This document shows, in pieces, positions 9,341 through 19,935 of a DNA stretch of 64,000 nucleotides. The stretch is taken from assembly GCA_977017645.1 (NCBI GenBank), contig OZ360237.1:40672001-40736000 (forward strand). The letters run 5' to 3'. The position numbers and the translations under genes are program-made. This stretch comes from Torpedo marmorata. Its lineage: Eukaryota. The stretch's first letter is position 1; each line of letters opens with the position of its first letter. The notes under the pieces were generated by a model. It was not told the origin of the DNA, did no database searches, and saw only the letters and a program-made list of their open reading frames with translations.

Positions 9341-12230
9341 AAGGGATTCCTCATCAACTGGCCAGATTGATGATGGACATCGAGGTGGACGGCCACAAGA
9401 CGAGCTGCCTATTCAATAGTGGGAGCACGGAGAGCTTCATCCACCCTGACACTGTGCAGCGTTGCCGCCTCGCGGTAAGGCCGGTAAGCCATAAAGTCTC
9501 CATGGCATCAAAGTCCCATACGGCGGATAGTCGTGGCTACTGTGTAGTGACTCTGACTGTGCTGGGCACAGAGTACAAACACTTTAAACTACTCATCGTG
9601 TCACAGCTCTGCACTGCCGTGTTACTGGGGCTGGACTTTCAATGCCACCTTAAAAGTGTGACGATGGAGAACGATGGGCCCCATCCCCCCCTTACTGGCT
9701 GTAATCCGCAGTTTTTAAACCGTCTACCGCGCTTCACCCACAAAAACTCCCCGGCCTCCCCTCCCACCGCGTCCAGCCAGCAACCCGCAGATTTCCCACC
9801 GCGCACGACCTGCGGCCTTTCTACCTTTACGATCACCCCTCCACCTCTGTTCGCTAACCTTACCCCTGACTGTAAACCCATTGCCACCAAAAGTAGGTGA
9901 TGCAGTGCCGGGGACAGGGCCTTTATCAGGTCGGAGGTGCAGCGGTTATTGAAGGAGGGGATCATTGAAGCCAGCACCAGCCCCTGGAGAGCCCAAGTGA
10001 TGGTGGTAAAGAATGGGGAGAAAAACAGAATGGTCATTGACTACAGTCAGACCATCAACAGATATACGCAGCTGGACGTGTACCCTCTCCCCCGCATAGC
10101 CGACATGGTGAACCAAATCGCCCTATACCAGGTATTCTCCACCATTGATTTAAAGTCAGCATACCACCAGCTCCCTATCCGCCCGGAGGACCGCCAATAC
10201 ACTGCCTTTGAGGCAGATGGCCACCTCTATCATTTTCTGAGGGTTCCCTTTGGCGTCACCAATGGGGTCTCGGTCTTCCAGCGGGAGATGGACCGAATGG
10301 TTGACCAGTACGGGCTGCAGGCTATATTCCCGTATCTGGACAACATCACCATTTGCGGCCATGACCTACAGGATCATGAAGCCAATCTCCAAAAATTTCT
10401 CCAGACCGCCAAATTCCTCAACCTTACATATAATAAGGATAAATGAGTCTTTGGCACAACCCGCCTTGCTATCCTCGGCTGCGTCGTAGAGGACGGAGTC
10501 ATTGGCTCCGATCCTGACCGCATGCGCCCCTGTTGGAACTCCCCCTCCCCCACAGCCTCAAAGCCCTGAAAAGGTGCCTGGGCTTTTTCTCGTACTATGC
10601 CAAGTGGGTCCCCAATTCTGCGGACAAAGCCCGCCCCCTCGTCAAATCCACCTCTTTCCCCTGACGTCAGAGGCCCATGCAGCCTTCAGCCGCATCAAGG
10701 CAGACATCGCCAAGGCCGTGATGCATGCTGTGGACAAATCCACCCCGTTCCAGGTGGAGAGTGATGCGTCCGACTTCGCCCTGGCCGCCACCCTCAACCA
10801 AGCGGGCAGACCCGTAGCTTTTTTTTCCCGCACCCTCCAGGGCCCCGAAATCCGAAAAGGAGGCCCAAGCCATTGTTGAGGCGGTACAGCACTGGAGACA
10901 CTACCTCGCCGGCAAACGATTCACCTTGCTGACTGACCAATGTTCAGTTGCTTTCATGTTCAACAATCAGCAGCAAAGCAAAATCAAAAATGACAAGATA
11001 CTAAGGTGGAGAATCGAACTTTCCACCTACAATTACGATATCTTGTACCGGCAGGGAAAACTCAATGAGCCCCCAGATGCCCTATCCCGCGGAACATGTG
11101 CCAGCGCATAAATTGACCGCTTACTAGCCCTCCACAGCGACCTCTGCTACCCCGGGGTCACCAGGTTCTTCCACTTCATCAAAGCCCGCAACCTACCTTA
11201 CTCCATCGAGGAGGCCAGCACCATGACCAGAAACTGCCAGATCTGTACGGAGTGCAAACCGCACTTCTATCAACCAGACAGAGCGCACCTGATAAAAGCC
11301 ACCCACCCCTTTGAACGCCTGAGCATCGATTTCAAGGGACCTCTCCCCTCCTCTGACAACAATGTGTACTTCCTCAACATCATTGATGAGTACTCACGTT
11401 TCCCGTTCGCCATCCCCTGCCTGGACATGACCACGGCCACAGTCATCAAGGCTCTGCGCAATCTCTTCATCCTTTTCGGGTACCCCTGCTATATTCATAG
11501 CGACCGGGGGTCCTCTTTCATGAGTGACGAGCTGCGTCAGTACCTGCTGGCCAGAGGCATTGCCACGAGCAGGACCACCAGTTACAACCCCCGAGGGAAC
11601 GGGCAGGTGGAAAGGGAGAATGCTATCGTCTGGAAGGCCACCCTCCTAGCCCTAAGGTCTAGAGGTCTTCCAGTCTCCCGCTGGCAAGATGTCCTCCCCG
11701 ATGCGCTCCACTCAATCAGATAGCTCCTATGTACCGCCACCAATGCCACTCCACATGAGAGAATGTTTTCCTTCCCTAAGAAGTCCGCTTCAGGGACCAC
11801 GCTGCCATCCTGGCTGACGTCCCCAGGGCCGGTCCTACTCCGGAAGCAGGTGAGGAGCCATAAACATGACCCACTGGTCGAAAGGGTCCATCTCCTCCAC
11901 GCCAACCCCCAGTATGCCTATGTGACGTACCCTGATGGGCGGGAGGACACGGTCTCCATTCAGGACCTGGCGCCCTCAGGAGTCCCTGACACCATTGCCG
12001 ACCACCCCGCGCCCTCTCCACCTACCGCTACCTTCGATGCACCGAGGCCATGGCAGGTGACCCCAGCCCCTGGGGATGGCATGCCAGATTCGTTGACACG
12101 CATCCACCAAGCCGGCGCCCACGACAACACACAGGTGGTCCAAACAGCACTGGATGCAACAGCTGCGCCGCAGCCGGTACTACGACAGTCGCAGCGGTAG
12201 ACCAGACCACCCGAAAGACTCAATTTCTGA
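9340..12230 (+). pseudogene. pol: Gypsy pol (protease, RT, RNase H, integrase), disrupted
   Basis: LFNSGSTESFI protease motif; IDLKSAYHQ, PFGVTNG and YLDN (RT); ESDASD..LTDQ (RNase H); H..C..C zinc finger, IDFKGP, HSDRG and NGQVER (integrase); premature stops at 9898, 10444, 11109, 11721 and 12198; natural end RPPERLNF* at 12230; no chromodomain seen. Confidence 0.92.
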
Positions 12231-12267
12231 GAACGTTTAATTCACTTCACCCTGCAGGACTCTTTTT

Positions 12268-12282
12268 AAAAAGGAGGGTGAA
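12268..12282 (+). promoter_or_regulatory. Polypurine tract
   Basis: aaaaaggagggtgaa immediately 5' of the 3' LTR. Confidence 0.85.
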
Positions 12283-12509
12283 TGTGGTAAACCACTGTAT
12301 ATATGTTTGTAGTCATCTGGACACACCCCTTGCTGACTGTACCTGTGGCTCCTCCCACAGACCCCTGAATAAAGGCCATTGTGCCACAACTCCCTCCTCC
12401 CCAGTCCAGGACAGACGACCAGCATGGATGTGCCTCCATTCCGATGTAAATAAAAGCCTATCAGTTTCTACATAACTTCTATTCTTTCGGAGTTATTGAT
12501 GGTGCATCA
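12283..12509 (+). repeat. Gypsy 3' LTR (227 bp)
   Basis: Direct repeat of 8112-8335. Confidence 0.95.
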
Positions 12510-12547
12510 ATAGTTACAGGCTACTTAATCTCTCCTCATAAGCTATG

Positions 12548-12705
12548 AGCTCAAGATTCCTTTATTGTCATGTACTAATACACAAAATTCATCAAATTTT
12601 GCCTAGCACACAAAGAGGTGCTACTAGCAAAGCCCAACACCCCCAACAATAAGAGAAAGAGAAGCAAAAGAGAGTCCCTTCAGAGACGCCACTGTGTCCT
12701 TGGGC
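12548..12705 (-). mobile_element. Older non-autonomous retroposon 3' end with TGACAATAAA-type tail
   Basis: Minus strand ends gaattttgtgtattagtacatgacaataaaggaatcttga; body loosely similar to the 7154-7290 SINE body. Confidence 0.45.
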
Positions 12706-12779
12706 ATTTCCGAAATCAACCTGGTGAAATTCCTCTGCAGCATCCCTAAATCCAGTCAATAATTTTTTAAATTAAAAAT

Positions 12780-12892
12780 TCCAGAGACGCACAGGGTTAG
12801 TAGGTTAATTGGTCACATGGGTGTATTTGGGCAGCGCGGGCTCGTGGGCAGAGAGGGCCTGTTACCGTGCTGTATCTCTAACTTAAAAATAA
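12780..12892 (+). mobile_element. V-SINE 3' half
   Basis: gttagtaggttaattggtcacatggg...gggcctgttaccgtgctgtatctctaa. Confidence 0.75.
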
Positions 12893-13110
12893 AGTTTATC
12901 TTTGTAATTTTGTGGATGTTTGCCTTAATCTTTAGTAAGTCTAATCCAAAGACTTTTAAAGTAGGATATTTTATGACAAAATGAATTTAGATTTAGCCAT
13001 TCAGTTTTGTTATACTGTTTATTTATGTTGGATTGAATTAAATATGGTAAGAGTACCATAGAATAGTAATGATAAAATATATGCTAAGAGAAAATAAGCA
13101 TTCAGATATT

Positions 13111-13763
13111 GTGAAACATGAAAGTCTGCAGACGCTGTGATTGTAGTAAAAACACAATAATGCTGGAGGAACTCAGCAGGTTTCGCAGCGTCCATAGGAG
13201 GTAAAGATATTCTGTATAACCAACGTTTCGGGCCTGAGCCCTTCTTCGAGGTATGAGTAAAAAGCAGGAAGGCGCCTGAATTAAAAGGCTGGGGAGAAGG
13301 GAAGAATGGGCAGGGGGAGGAGGACAGGCCAACAGACAAAATGTGATAATTGGACATGGATAGGAAGACAGGAGAGGAAAGGTGAGAATTGATCAGGGAA
13401 GGGTGTGTCTCTGTGAGTACAGAGCTGGAGGAAAGGAGTCAGAGAGAAAGGGGAAGAAAGAGACAGAGCTAGAGGAAAGGATAAGTAGGGATAGAGCAGG
13501 GTTCTTAATTTTTTTTCCATTCACAGACCACCTTAAGTAATCCCTTACTAACCACAGAGCACCTATGGCATAGGATGTCATCGGTGCTCTGTGGTTAGTA
13601 AAGGATTACTTAAGGTGGTATGTGAGTGAAAAAAAAGGTTGAGAACCACTGGGATAGGGGAAGGGGAGAGCCGATGGGGGTGGGCGGGGTCTAACGGGAA
13701 ACTGGAGAAGTCATTGTTAATGCCATCCGGTTGGAGGGTGCCCAGATGGAATATGAGGTGTTG
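13111..13763 (-). mobile_element. Penelope-like element 3' end (end of GIY-YIG ORF, UTR, terminus)
   Basis: QHLIFHLGTLQPDGINNDFSSF matches the C-terminus of ORF 27074..27520; hammerhead motif at about 13215-13255. Confidence 0.85.
13497..13651. mobile_element. hAT/Charlie-type palindromic MITE
   Basis: Termini CAGG-GTTCTTAA / TTGAGAACCACTG; nearly whole-length palindrome; 8-bp TSD ggatagag/ggataggg. Confidence 0.85.
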
Positions 13764-14163
13764 ATGCATTTCATAACTTTTGAATGTCTTTGGGAGGAAG
13801 GTTGTTGGGGTGTATAATTAATGCAGGATCAATATAGTATCATTGCAAAGAGACAATTCCTTTCTGCAGTGAGAATAGTTGCAGATGTTTATAGATATTT
13901 AACTTAGCCTTTGTTCATCTTTGTTTCACCTGTTCAGATATCACTCACAAATCTTGTGCAATTAAGAATACAATTTTTCTTTATCAATCATTTCTTTTAG
14001 TAAAGAAGTACAAAGAGATCACAGTGTTCACACACATACTGTACATCCACTGGCAAAATGTGCAACTGTGGTTGAGTTTTGAACCTACAAAAATATATAG
14101 AAAGTTGGAACTTGATTTTATTTGACATTTTAACCCATTCATGGGATAATTCTAAGAATTAGT

Positions 14164-15085
14164 GGGTGGCACGGTTAGCGTAGTAGTTAGCACAATGCTG
14201 TTACAGTGCCAGCGACCTGGGTTCAAATCCACCGCTGTCTGTAAGGAGTTTGTACGTTCTCCCCATGTGCCCGTGGGTTTCTTCCAGGAGCTCCAGTTTC
14301 CTCCCATGTTCCAAAGATGTTGTTGTTTGTGGAGGAAACGTGGCCTCCCTGCCTGTCTGGAATGTGTGCATTGCGGGTGGTCACGTGTCCTCCCCGTCTG
14401 AAACTTATTCAGAAGTCACATCACCTGTCAATCAAGGTTGGACTCCGGCCACCCATTAGTGCACACCTTGCCGTTGGCTCATTCACATCACCTAGGGTCA
14501 TTATTGACTAAAAGCACAGATTAGCACTGTATATAACACCAACGCACAGCACATTCTTTCTCTCTGCCTCGTGGTCCAAGCCCCGGACATCGCTCCATGC
14601 CAGGTCGCTGCTGTGGACATCGCTGGAAGTGTCGCGGGTAAGGTGTGCACTACACTGAAGCTGAGCCGTAGTATTGCGATAGATCAATACTTGCAGAGAG
14701 CTGCAACCCTGTTGGTCAGGGAACCGGGTGTGTGAGTAAGAGTCCCTGTTTGTAGTGTGTGAGCGGGTTGAGTATAGGTTTACCGTTGTCGGTCCAAACA
14801 AAGTCCGAGGTGAATGTCTATATCGTCGCTTAAGTGAAATAGTGATCGAGTACCGTTTAACGTTCTCCCCTGTTTGTTTCCCGTGTGTTAATAAAAGTTA
14901 CCTGTGATTGTAACACTTGTGTCCAGACTCATCTCTCTATGAACCCACCGAACCTGATTCTCTTCCCAACACGACAGATGTATGGGGTTGGTAGGTTAAT
15001 GGATCACATGGGTGTATTTAGGTGGCGTGAGCACGTGGACCAGAAGGGCCTGTTACGGTGCTGCATGTCTAAATTAAAATGTAAA
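14164..15085 (+). mobile_element. V-SINE split by a solo LTR
   Basis: 5' half ends ...ccaaagatgt (14320), 3' half resumes gatgtatggggttggtagg (14977). Confidence 0.85.
14321..14976 (+). mobile_element. Solo LTR (656 bp)
   Basis: TGTTGT...ACGACA termini, 5-bp TSD GATGT (14316-14320, 14977-14981), TATATAA at 14530, AATAAA at 14890. Confidence 0.88.
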
Positions 15086-15199
15086 ATACTTAGAGCTCAT
15101 TAAATACTTTTATAGTCTTGCCAGTAAATGTTATAATTGTGAGCAGCAGGAGCAGAAAACAAGAAATATTAACTACCATTTTGGAACAGATTGTTGAGT

Positions 15200-15700
15200 A
15201 AAGAATGTTAGCACACTACTGGGATGACCTCCTTTGAAGGAAAGCAGGTAGTTTATGTTGATTCAGAGTGGCTTATCATCTGATCTAACTTTGGCAATGT
15301 GACAACCCCTTGGACTACACTAAAATGTTGTCTGGGCTCAGTAGACAGTGCTCTTGGGTTGTAAGTTGTGGATTCAACCTCTATTTCAGGAACTGGAGCA
15401 CACTGTCACGGTTCACAGTTGTAAACCATAATAAAGCCCCATCTGCTCTCTCAAAGATCCCGTGGATACATTTCAAGGAAGATGAGTGGAGATATCCCGA
15501 GGTCTTGGTGAATATTTATCACCCAGAAATGTGGTATGTATTTATTATTTTATTGATTTGTGTGAGTTTCCAGTGAGAAAATTGGTTATCCTATTTCCTG
15601 CAATAAGTAATTGTAATTCTGAAATTCTTAATTGTTTGTGAAACAATTTGGTACCATCTGTGATCATCAAAAATGCTGTAGGAATAGGAATCCTTCTTTA
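15200..15700. mobile_element. Old Deu-domain SINE relics
   Basis: ccccatctgctctctcaaagatccc..gaggtcttggtgaatatttatc..aaattgg; homologous to 2868-3135 and 41085-41340. Confidence 0.5.
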
Positions 15701-15837
15701 CTTCGACCACAGGAAATCATATAACTTGTAAAGCTGTATTTAAACTGCTTTGACTGATTAAAATGCCAAATTCTGTGAATTCTGTCAATTCATCTAATGA
15801 ATTGATAATGGTTGCACAATGTTCAATTTTATTCATC

Positions 15838-16075
15838 TGGGCAACATGGTTAATGTCGCGGTTAGAGCAACGGTATTACAGCGCCAACGACTGGTGGTTC
15901 AAATCTGCCGTTGTCCGTAAGGAGTTTGTGCATTCTCTCTGTGTCTGTGTGGGTTTCCTCTGGGTCCTCCGGTTTCCTACCATGTTCCAAAGACTTATGA
16001 GGTTAGAAAGTTAATTATAATTGGGTGACATGTGCTCATGGGCACATGTCACCTTCTGTATCTCTAAAAAAAAAT
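15838..16075 (+). mobile_element. V-SINE (decayed)
   Basis: Head and V-domain gtgggtttcctctgggtcctccggtttcc. Confidence 0.8.
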
Positions 16076-16099
16076 GTTAAAAACTCCTCTCCAGTGAGG

Positions 16100-16460
16100 G
16101 AATACATGCCTAAATGCAGCAGGACATGGTCAACATTCAGGCACAGTAACAGTTGCACCGCAAAAATGTTGAGCAATGACCATCTCCAACAAGAGGAAGT
16201 CTAATCACCTGCCATTGGCGTTTGATGGCATTACCATTGGTAAGTTCCCCTTCCATCAACATCCTGGAGGTCACCATTGACCGAAAATAAATCTGCATAT
16301 CGTAGCTACAAGAGCTGCTCACAGGCTGGGTCTTCTGGACCAATCCAGGAACTCCCTCGCATGCTGCACTTCCATAAAGAAGATATTTGCCGCCACTTTA
16401 ATGGGGGCAAGTAGAGATAACCAATTAACGATCACTCCCACGGATGAATTGAAAACAAAA
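16100..16460 (+). mobile_element. Old CR1/L2-like LINE RT C-terminal relic
   Basis: Translates in part as AMTISNKRKSNHLPLAFDGITI...INILEVTIDRK, a typical post-RT segment. Confidence 0.55.
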
Positions 16461-17189
16461 TTAAATTCTGTGCTCAGGAGTATTTCCTTGTTGTCTGAAG
16501 ATGGGGTGCATTCCTTTTAAGAGGTCTTGGCTGCCAGCAAATGGCAGTAGTGAAAGCCCAACTTTGCAGCTCCACATCCCAATAGGGCATGCAGCCAATG
16601 ATGATAACAGCTCTGGGAATCGTTCCATACGGCCTCTGGGGCTTTGTAACCTAATGACATTGCTAAGCTATTTTCACTCAATGCATGTTTCGCTCAGTAT
16701 GATTAGTCAGTGATATGAAAAGGGGTTGCTGATTCATCGATAGGTTCACTTTGAGCTATTGGACGGCTCCTCATTTGTGACATTTGTGGTCCCTGTGATA
16801 GATCTTGTGGAGTGCTGCCATTATTTGCCTTTGAAAATGGTTTAACTAGTCTCCTGAAGCTACATAAATAAGTTTGATAGCTTTATGTTTTTGCTGTAAT
16901 CTCCTAATTGATTAATAAATAATGTAAATTGTCTATGAGGATATGTGATACTTGAAGAGAATAGACCAGTGAAATGATAGATATTAAGTTAAAAGCTTTG
17001 GTTTATATGTTCAATCATTTTTCACAAGTGCACAATTAGATGGTGGAGGTAACTCCTTGTGATTAATAACCATTACATTCATCAGTTGAGAAGTTAGCCC
17101 GATTTATGTTCTTCACATAAACCAAGGATCTAATTTCAATTTCTTTGTGTATTTGGATTTCAGGGAATCTTTGAATAGTGACAGTCTGT

Positions 17190-17485
17190 TTCCTCGAGTT
17201 GGAGAATCTAAGAGGAGAGGGCATAACTATCAGATGAGGGGGTTGTAATTTCGAAGGGAGGTGAGGGGACAGTTTTTTGCTCAGAGGGTGGTGGGTTAGG
17301 CTGCCAGACAAAGTGGTGGAGGCAGGTACATCAGCTTCATTTAGGATACACTTGGATAACAAAATGGATGGGAGAGGATTGGAGGCATATGGGCCAAATG
17401 CAGGAAATGGGTCTAAAGCAGGAGAGCACATTGTTCAGCACTGACAAGCTGGTTTCTGTGCTGGAAGACTCCATGTCTTTCATGA
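17190..17485 (+). mobile_element. CR1 3' fragment
   Basis: ggagaatctaagaggagagggcata...cagagggtggtg...gtggtggaggcaggtac...atatgggccaaatgcagg. Confidence 0.7.
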
Positions 17486-17594
17486 AGTGCTATGTGCTGA
17501 CTTGAATGTCTTGCTTTCCCTCAAATTACAACTTTTAATCAAGATTTCAGCACCAAAGAAAGACTTCCCTTATATAAGAACTTCTTCTGCATTG

Positions 17595-18523
17595 GAATTA
17601 TTAGTTACTAATGGAGGTGTAAATAAATTTATTTCTCAAATGTAAAGATTGTTACAGAGGAAAATGCCTAAATTAGGAATTCATAAATCAAGATTAAATT
17701 GGGAATCAGATTTGAATGTAACAATAGATGAAGAACATTGGAAAGAATTATGTAAACAAAGTATGACGAAGATTATTAACGTTAGATATAGATTAGTGCA
17801 ATATAATTTTTTTCATCAATTATATTTAACACCTAAAAAATTAAAGAAATTTAATCCGGCATTATCCGGTTTATGTTTTAGATGTAATAGAGAGGAAGGT
17901 TCTTTTGTACACTCTACATGGTTTTGTCCAAAGGTATATGATTTTTGGTTGAAAGTTAAAAAGTTTCTAGATAAAGTATTAAGAATTACACTCCCAATGG
18001 ATCCTATGATATTTTTGTTTGGAGATATTAAAAGAATTAGTGTTAAGATGAAATTAAATATGTATCAAATAGAATTTTTACGTATTGCTTTAGCTGTTTC
18101 TAAGAAATGCATTGCTTTTACATGGAAATCTGATGTAGATTTAGGGTTAGAAAGATGGCATGCAGAACTTCGTTCATGTATACCACTTGAAAAAATTACT
18201 TATAATTTACGTAATAAATATCATTTCTTTTTGAAAATATGGAGCCCATATATAAAAACTGTCGGTTTAAGGATTTGAAGATCTCCGGATATTGGATCTG
18301 ACTGGCGAACCTGTGTTCCACAATAAAATTAGTTTATAGTTGTTCTTTTTAGAGTGACATTCTCCTTACTTTATCTTTTTCTTTTTCTTTCTTTTCAGGA
18401 GGGTTAGGGAGGGGAGGGAGGGGGGTGGGTGAAAATGTACCACATGTAATTTGATAATTTTGCATTTTAAACTATGTAATGTGTAATTTTAAAAAATTTT
18501 TAAATAAAATATTTTAAAAAAAA
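17595..18523 (+). mobile_element. 5'-truncated L1-clade LINE
   Basis: ORF 17649..18278 with CFRC..HSTWFC; near-identical to 51410-52361; G-rich UTR, AATAAA and A-tail; no clear TSD. Confidence 0.9.
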
Positions 18524-18534
18524 CATAAGATTAA

Positions 18535-19232
18535 CAGAAAGATTTAGGAATAACGGTGCATCGTTCCCTGAAGGTGGAAACTCATGTGAATAGGGTGGTG
18601 AAGAAGGCTTTTAGTATGCTGGCCTTTATCAATCATTGCATAGAATATAGGAGTTGGGAAGTGATGTTGAGAATATAAGGCTTTGGTGCGGCCTAATTTA
18701 GAGTTCTGTGTGCAGTTCTGGTCGCCAAATTATAGGAAGGATATCAACAAAGTGGAGAGAGTGCAGAGAAGGTTTACCAGAATGTTACCTGGGTTTAAGA
18801 ATCTAGAGTACAAGGAGAGATTGAGCATATTAGGTCTTTATTCTTTGGAGCGTAGAAGGTTAAGAGGGGATTTGATAGAGGTATTTAAAATTATGAAAGG
18901 GATAGACAGAGTGGATGTGGATAGACTATTTCCATTAAGAGTAGGAGAGATTGAAACAAGAGGACATGAGCTAAGAGTTAAGGGGTAGAGGTTTAGAGGT
19001 AACATGAGGGGGAACTTCTTTACTCAGAGAGTGGTAGCGGTGTGGAATGAGCTTCCGGGAGAAGTAGTGGCGGCAGAGTCAATTTTATTATTTAAGGAAA
19101 AGTTGGACAAGTATATGGATGAGAAGGAAGTGGAGGGTTATGGGCAGGGTGCAGGTAGGTGGGACTAGATAGGAATGTTTGGTTCGGTGCGGACTGGAAG
19201 GGCCTAATGTAATTGTTATATGGTTATATAGT
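18535..19232 (+). mobile_element. CR1 3' fragment
   Basis: LVRPNLEFCVQFWSP..ERVQRRFTRMLPG..LERRRLRGDLIEVFKIM (ORF 18683..18988). Confidence 0.9.
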
Positions 19233-19369
19233 TAACTTCTGCAGCCTTCCGACCTTCCAAGATGGCTTGCTGTCAACACTTTGGGTTGATTGGCCACTGG
19301 AAGTTTCCCCTAGTCTGTAGTGAGGGGTAGAATCTGGGGTGGAGTTGATGGGAATGTCGGGAGAATATG

Positions 19370-19586
19370 CAGTAAAACTTCTGTTATCTGGAATTCAAGT
19401 AACAGGCAGCCTCAAGCAACCGGCAAAAAATTGTGGAAAATAAATAGGTAAAAAATATGGGTTGAAAATTGGTGTGCCTCACCATTAGTTCACCAATCAT
19501 GCCACACGCAATCTCAAGCAACCGGAAAATTAACTTATCCGGCATCTACCAATTCCCATAGGTGCCGGATGCCAGAGGTTTTACTG
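19370..19586. mobile_element. Tc1/mariner-pogo type MITE inside an old SINE
   Basis: TIRs cagtaaaacttctgttatctgg / ccggatgccagaggttttactg; TA on the right, TG on the left (mutated TA); internal ctcaagcaaccgg twice. Confidence 0.75.
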
Positions 19587-19699
19587 TAGTTGGATTACTA
19601 TAGACAGCCACTTTTATGGTTGATGCAGACTCAGTGGACAACAGGGCCTTGATCCAAGCGGTTTATCTCAATGACAGTACAGCTGATGTATAGTCATCA

Positions 19700-19785
19700 C
19701 TGTAATGCAATACACAAATGTGTTGGAGAAACTCAGTATCCATAGGAAGGAAAGGGTAACCAATGTTTCGGGCCTGAGAGCTTCC
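19700..19785 (-). mobile_element. Penelope terminal fragment
   Basis: tgttggagaaactcag..aaccaatgtttcgggcctgagagcttc. Confidence 0.6.
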
Positions 19786-19799
19786 TCTTCACTATGATT

Positions 19800-19933
19800 C
19801 ACCTGTTTCAAATAGGCGTCAATCATACCGGTGCCCAAGAAGAGTGTAGTAACCTGCCTTAACGACTATCGACCAGTAGCACTTACATCAACAGTGATGA
19901 AGTGTTTTGAAAGACTGGTGATGAAGCATATCA
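19800..19933 (+). mobile_element. Internal Rex1-A fragment
   Basis: [29 protein letters not shown]; inverted copy of about 24505-24640. Confidence 0.8.
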
Positions 19934-19935
19934 TA

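Larger units (their letters stand above)
8112..12509 (+). mobile_element. Full-length, decayed Ty3/Gypsy LTR retrotransposon (Mag-like gag), 4398 bp
   Basis: Two TG..CA LTRs, 5-bp TSD ATAGT (8107-8111, 12510-12514), domain order gag-PR-RT-RH-IN, polypurine tract before the 3' LTR. Confidence 0.97.
7466..12541 (-). mobile_element. CR1 3' fragment, split by Penelope termini (7639-7880) and the Gypsy element
   Basis: aacataagacatgggagcagg tail, agagaattccacag..cactaccctctgggagaag, resumes at 12515 (tacaggctacttaatctctcctcata). Confidence 0.75.
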
